Below are positions 62,951-64,000 of a DNA stretch of 64,000 bases, piece by piece. The translations under genes were made by a program, and so were the position numbers. Under the pieces are notes generated by a model. That model was not told where the DNA came from and did not search any database. It saw nothing but the letters and a program-made list of their open reading frames with translations. This DNA is from Acidimicrobiia bacterium (GTDB lineage Bacteria > Actinomycetota > Acidimicrobiia > Spongiisociales > UBA5794), in NCBI GenBank assembly GCA_029287195.1, contig JARFRN010000249.1, positions 20,352 through 84,351 of the forward strand, given 5' to 3'. How positions within the stretch are numbered: position 1 is the first letter of the stretch; every line of letters begins with the position of its first letter.

Positions 62951-64000
62951 ATGAGGAAAGCAACCAAGTTGCTGATGCTGCTCGTGGTGTTGGCCCTGCT
63001 GGCTGCTGCCTGTGGCGGCGAAGATGACGAGGCCACTCCAGACACACTACCGGAGACGACCGCAGCGCCGGCCGAGACAACCGCGGCGCCGGCCGAGACG
63101 ACCGCGGCGCCGGCTGAGACAACCGCGGCGCCGGCGGGGATCAGTTGCGCCGAGCCGGTCACGGTTGGCGTCATCACCGACCAGAGCGGTGCTCTGGCGA
63201 TCTACGGATCGCACATCAACCGCGGCGTGCCAATCGGGTTCGCCTATGCGACCGGAAGCGATGTTCAGGGTGATGGCCTCAGCGCTCCCGAGCAGACATA
63301 CATGCTCGAGGATTGCGAGATTCGAGTCATCTTCAAGGACGACCAGTCCAACGCCGAGCTGAGCGCAACCGCTGCCCGTGAACTGATCGAGGTCGAAGGC
63401 GCTCAGATCATCATCGGGTCGGTCAGTTCCGGAGTGACTGCGACGCTGCAGGAGATCGCACGCGAGAACAATGTGATTCTCGTCGCTGCCCCTGCCGCCG
63501 CAACCGATCTGACCGGATCGACCTTCGATCCGAACACGTTCCGGGCAAGCCGTAGCAACTACCAGGACGGTATGGCAATTTGCGATCAGTTCGTCAACAA
63601 CGATGGGTACAAGACGTTCGTGCAAATCGCGCCCGACTACTCCTTCGGCTACGGAGGTGCGCAGGCGTATGAGGACGCTTGCACCTACTTCGGCGGCGAG
63701 TTCCTGCAGGAAACGGTGTTCGCCCCAGCCGATACCACCGACTTCACGTCCTACATGACTCCGCTGGCGGAGTCGGGCGCCGACGCCTTCCTAGTGACAT
63801 GGGCCGGCGGCGGGTTTGTCCCATTGCTGCAGGCCGCGATCGACCTCAGCGTTATCAATGAGGACACGGTGCTGGGCTCGCCGTTTGTCGATAACGTCGT
63901 CATGCCGGCGTTCTTCGGCAACGCGGTCGGGACGACTTCGGTGATCTTGTACCACTTCGGTGCGCCGAGTAATCCGGCCAACGACTACTTGATCGCCAAC
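62951..64000 (+). CDS. ABC transporter substrate-binding lipoprotein (branched-chain amino acid / LivK-like type I PBP). Partial, 3' end off the window.
   Basis: Signal and lipobox LLAAACGG, and PBP1 pattern VTVGVITDQSGALAIYG...IIIGSVSSGVT. The ORF is open to the window end. Confidence 0.8.
   Translation, partial: MRKATKLLMLLVVLALLAAACGGEDDEATPDTLPETTAAPAETTAAPAETTAAPAETTAAPAGISCAEPVTVGVITDQSGALAIYGSHINRGVPIGFAYATGSDVQGDGLSAPEQTYMLEDCEIRVIFKDDQSNAELSATAARELIEVEGAQIIIGSVSSGVTATLQEIARENNVILVAAPAAATDLTGSTFDPNTFRASRSNYQDGMAICDQFVNNDGYKTFVQIAPDYSFGYGGAQAYEDACTYFGGEFLQETVFAPADTTDFTSYMTPLAESGADAFLVTWAGGGFVPLLQAAIDLSVINEDTVLGSPFVDNVVMPAFFGNAVGTTSVILYHFGAPSNPANDYLIAN
63053..63136 (+). repeat. Four copies of a 21-bp in-frame tandem repeat encoding (ETTAAPA)x4 in the binding-protein linker
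   Basis: GAGAC(G/A)ACCGC(A/G)GCGCCGGC(C/T/G) x4. The same repeat produces the spurious (SAGAAVV)n ORF on the opposite strand. Confidence 0.85.

Noticed and set aside
62791-63177. Minus-strand ORF encoding (SAGAAVV)n, considered as a possible CRISPR-like or repeat-protein feature
   Set aside because: It is simply the reverse complement of the 21-bp tandem repeat in the binding-protein linker. There are no spacer-like unique sequences, and the plus-strand gene is clearly real.

Overview
This 64 kb window is a high-GC (about 67%) stretch of actinobacterial-type chromosome, densely coding on both strands. No rRNA, CRISPR array, transposase or phage gene was recognised. All calls rest on motif-level reading of the supplied ORF translations and of the DNA; no searches were run.

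Three tRNAs lie on the minus strand, transcribed Glu(TTC), Asp(GTC), Phe(GAA), at about 35841-36108. A degenerate copy of the tRNA-Phe 3' half sits 1.8 kb away at 34006-34055. It brackets a VOC-family gene and a decayed molybdopterin-oxidoreductase paralog, which looks like the footprint of an old integration or recombination event.

Housekeeping content includes acs, pckA, a class I FBP aldolase, a phosphohexomutase, a serB-serA-aminotransferase cluster with a 2-hydroxyacid dehydrogenase, trkH, a SulP permease, a dps/fur pair, Hsp20, an ECF sigma operon, two OmpR-type two-component systems and a DivIVA-domain protein.

The loci most worth a second look are these:
- A lipid-remodelling cluster (2275-9856). 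Two PAP2 phosphatase paralogs flank an MMPL/RND transporter, next to an 843-aa fusion of a eukaryotic-like kinase domain (HRH in place of HRD) with an MprF-type flippase-like LPG_synthase_TM domain.
- A CotH kinase - VTC domain - DUF4956 triad (19476-22509).
- An ApbE - DUF2271 - PepSY_TM module (23487-25802) that looks like an extracytosolic flavinylation system. ApbE has no signal peptide, and a DAISSAT motif in DUF2271 resembles a flavinylation site.
- A haloalkane dehalogenase (DhaA-like) with an adjacent HAD hydrolase (10490-11979).
- A TetR-regulated KAS III-like / acyl-CoA ligase / alpha-beta hydrolase operon with a perfect 29-bp operator palindrome (58598-62919).

Several decayed genes (an HtrA fragment, a frameshifted secreted protein, the oxidoreductase pseudogene) and some regulatory palindromes and terminators are also listed.
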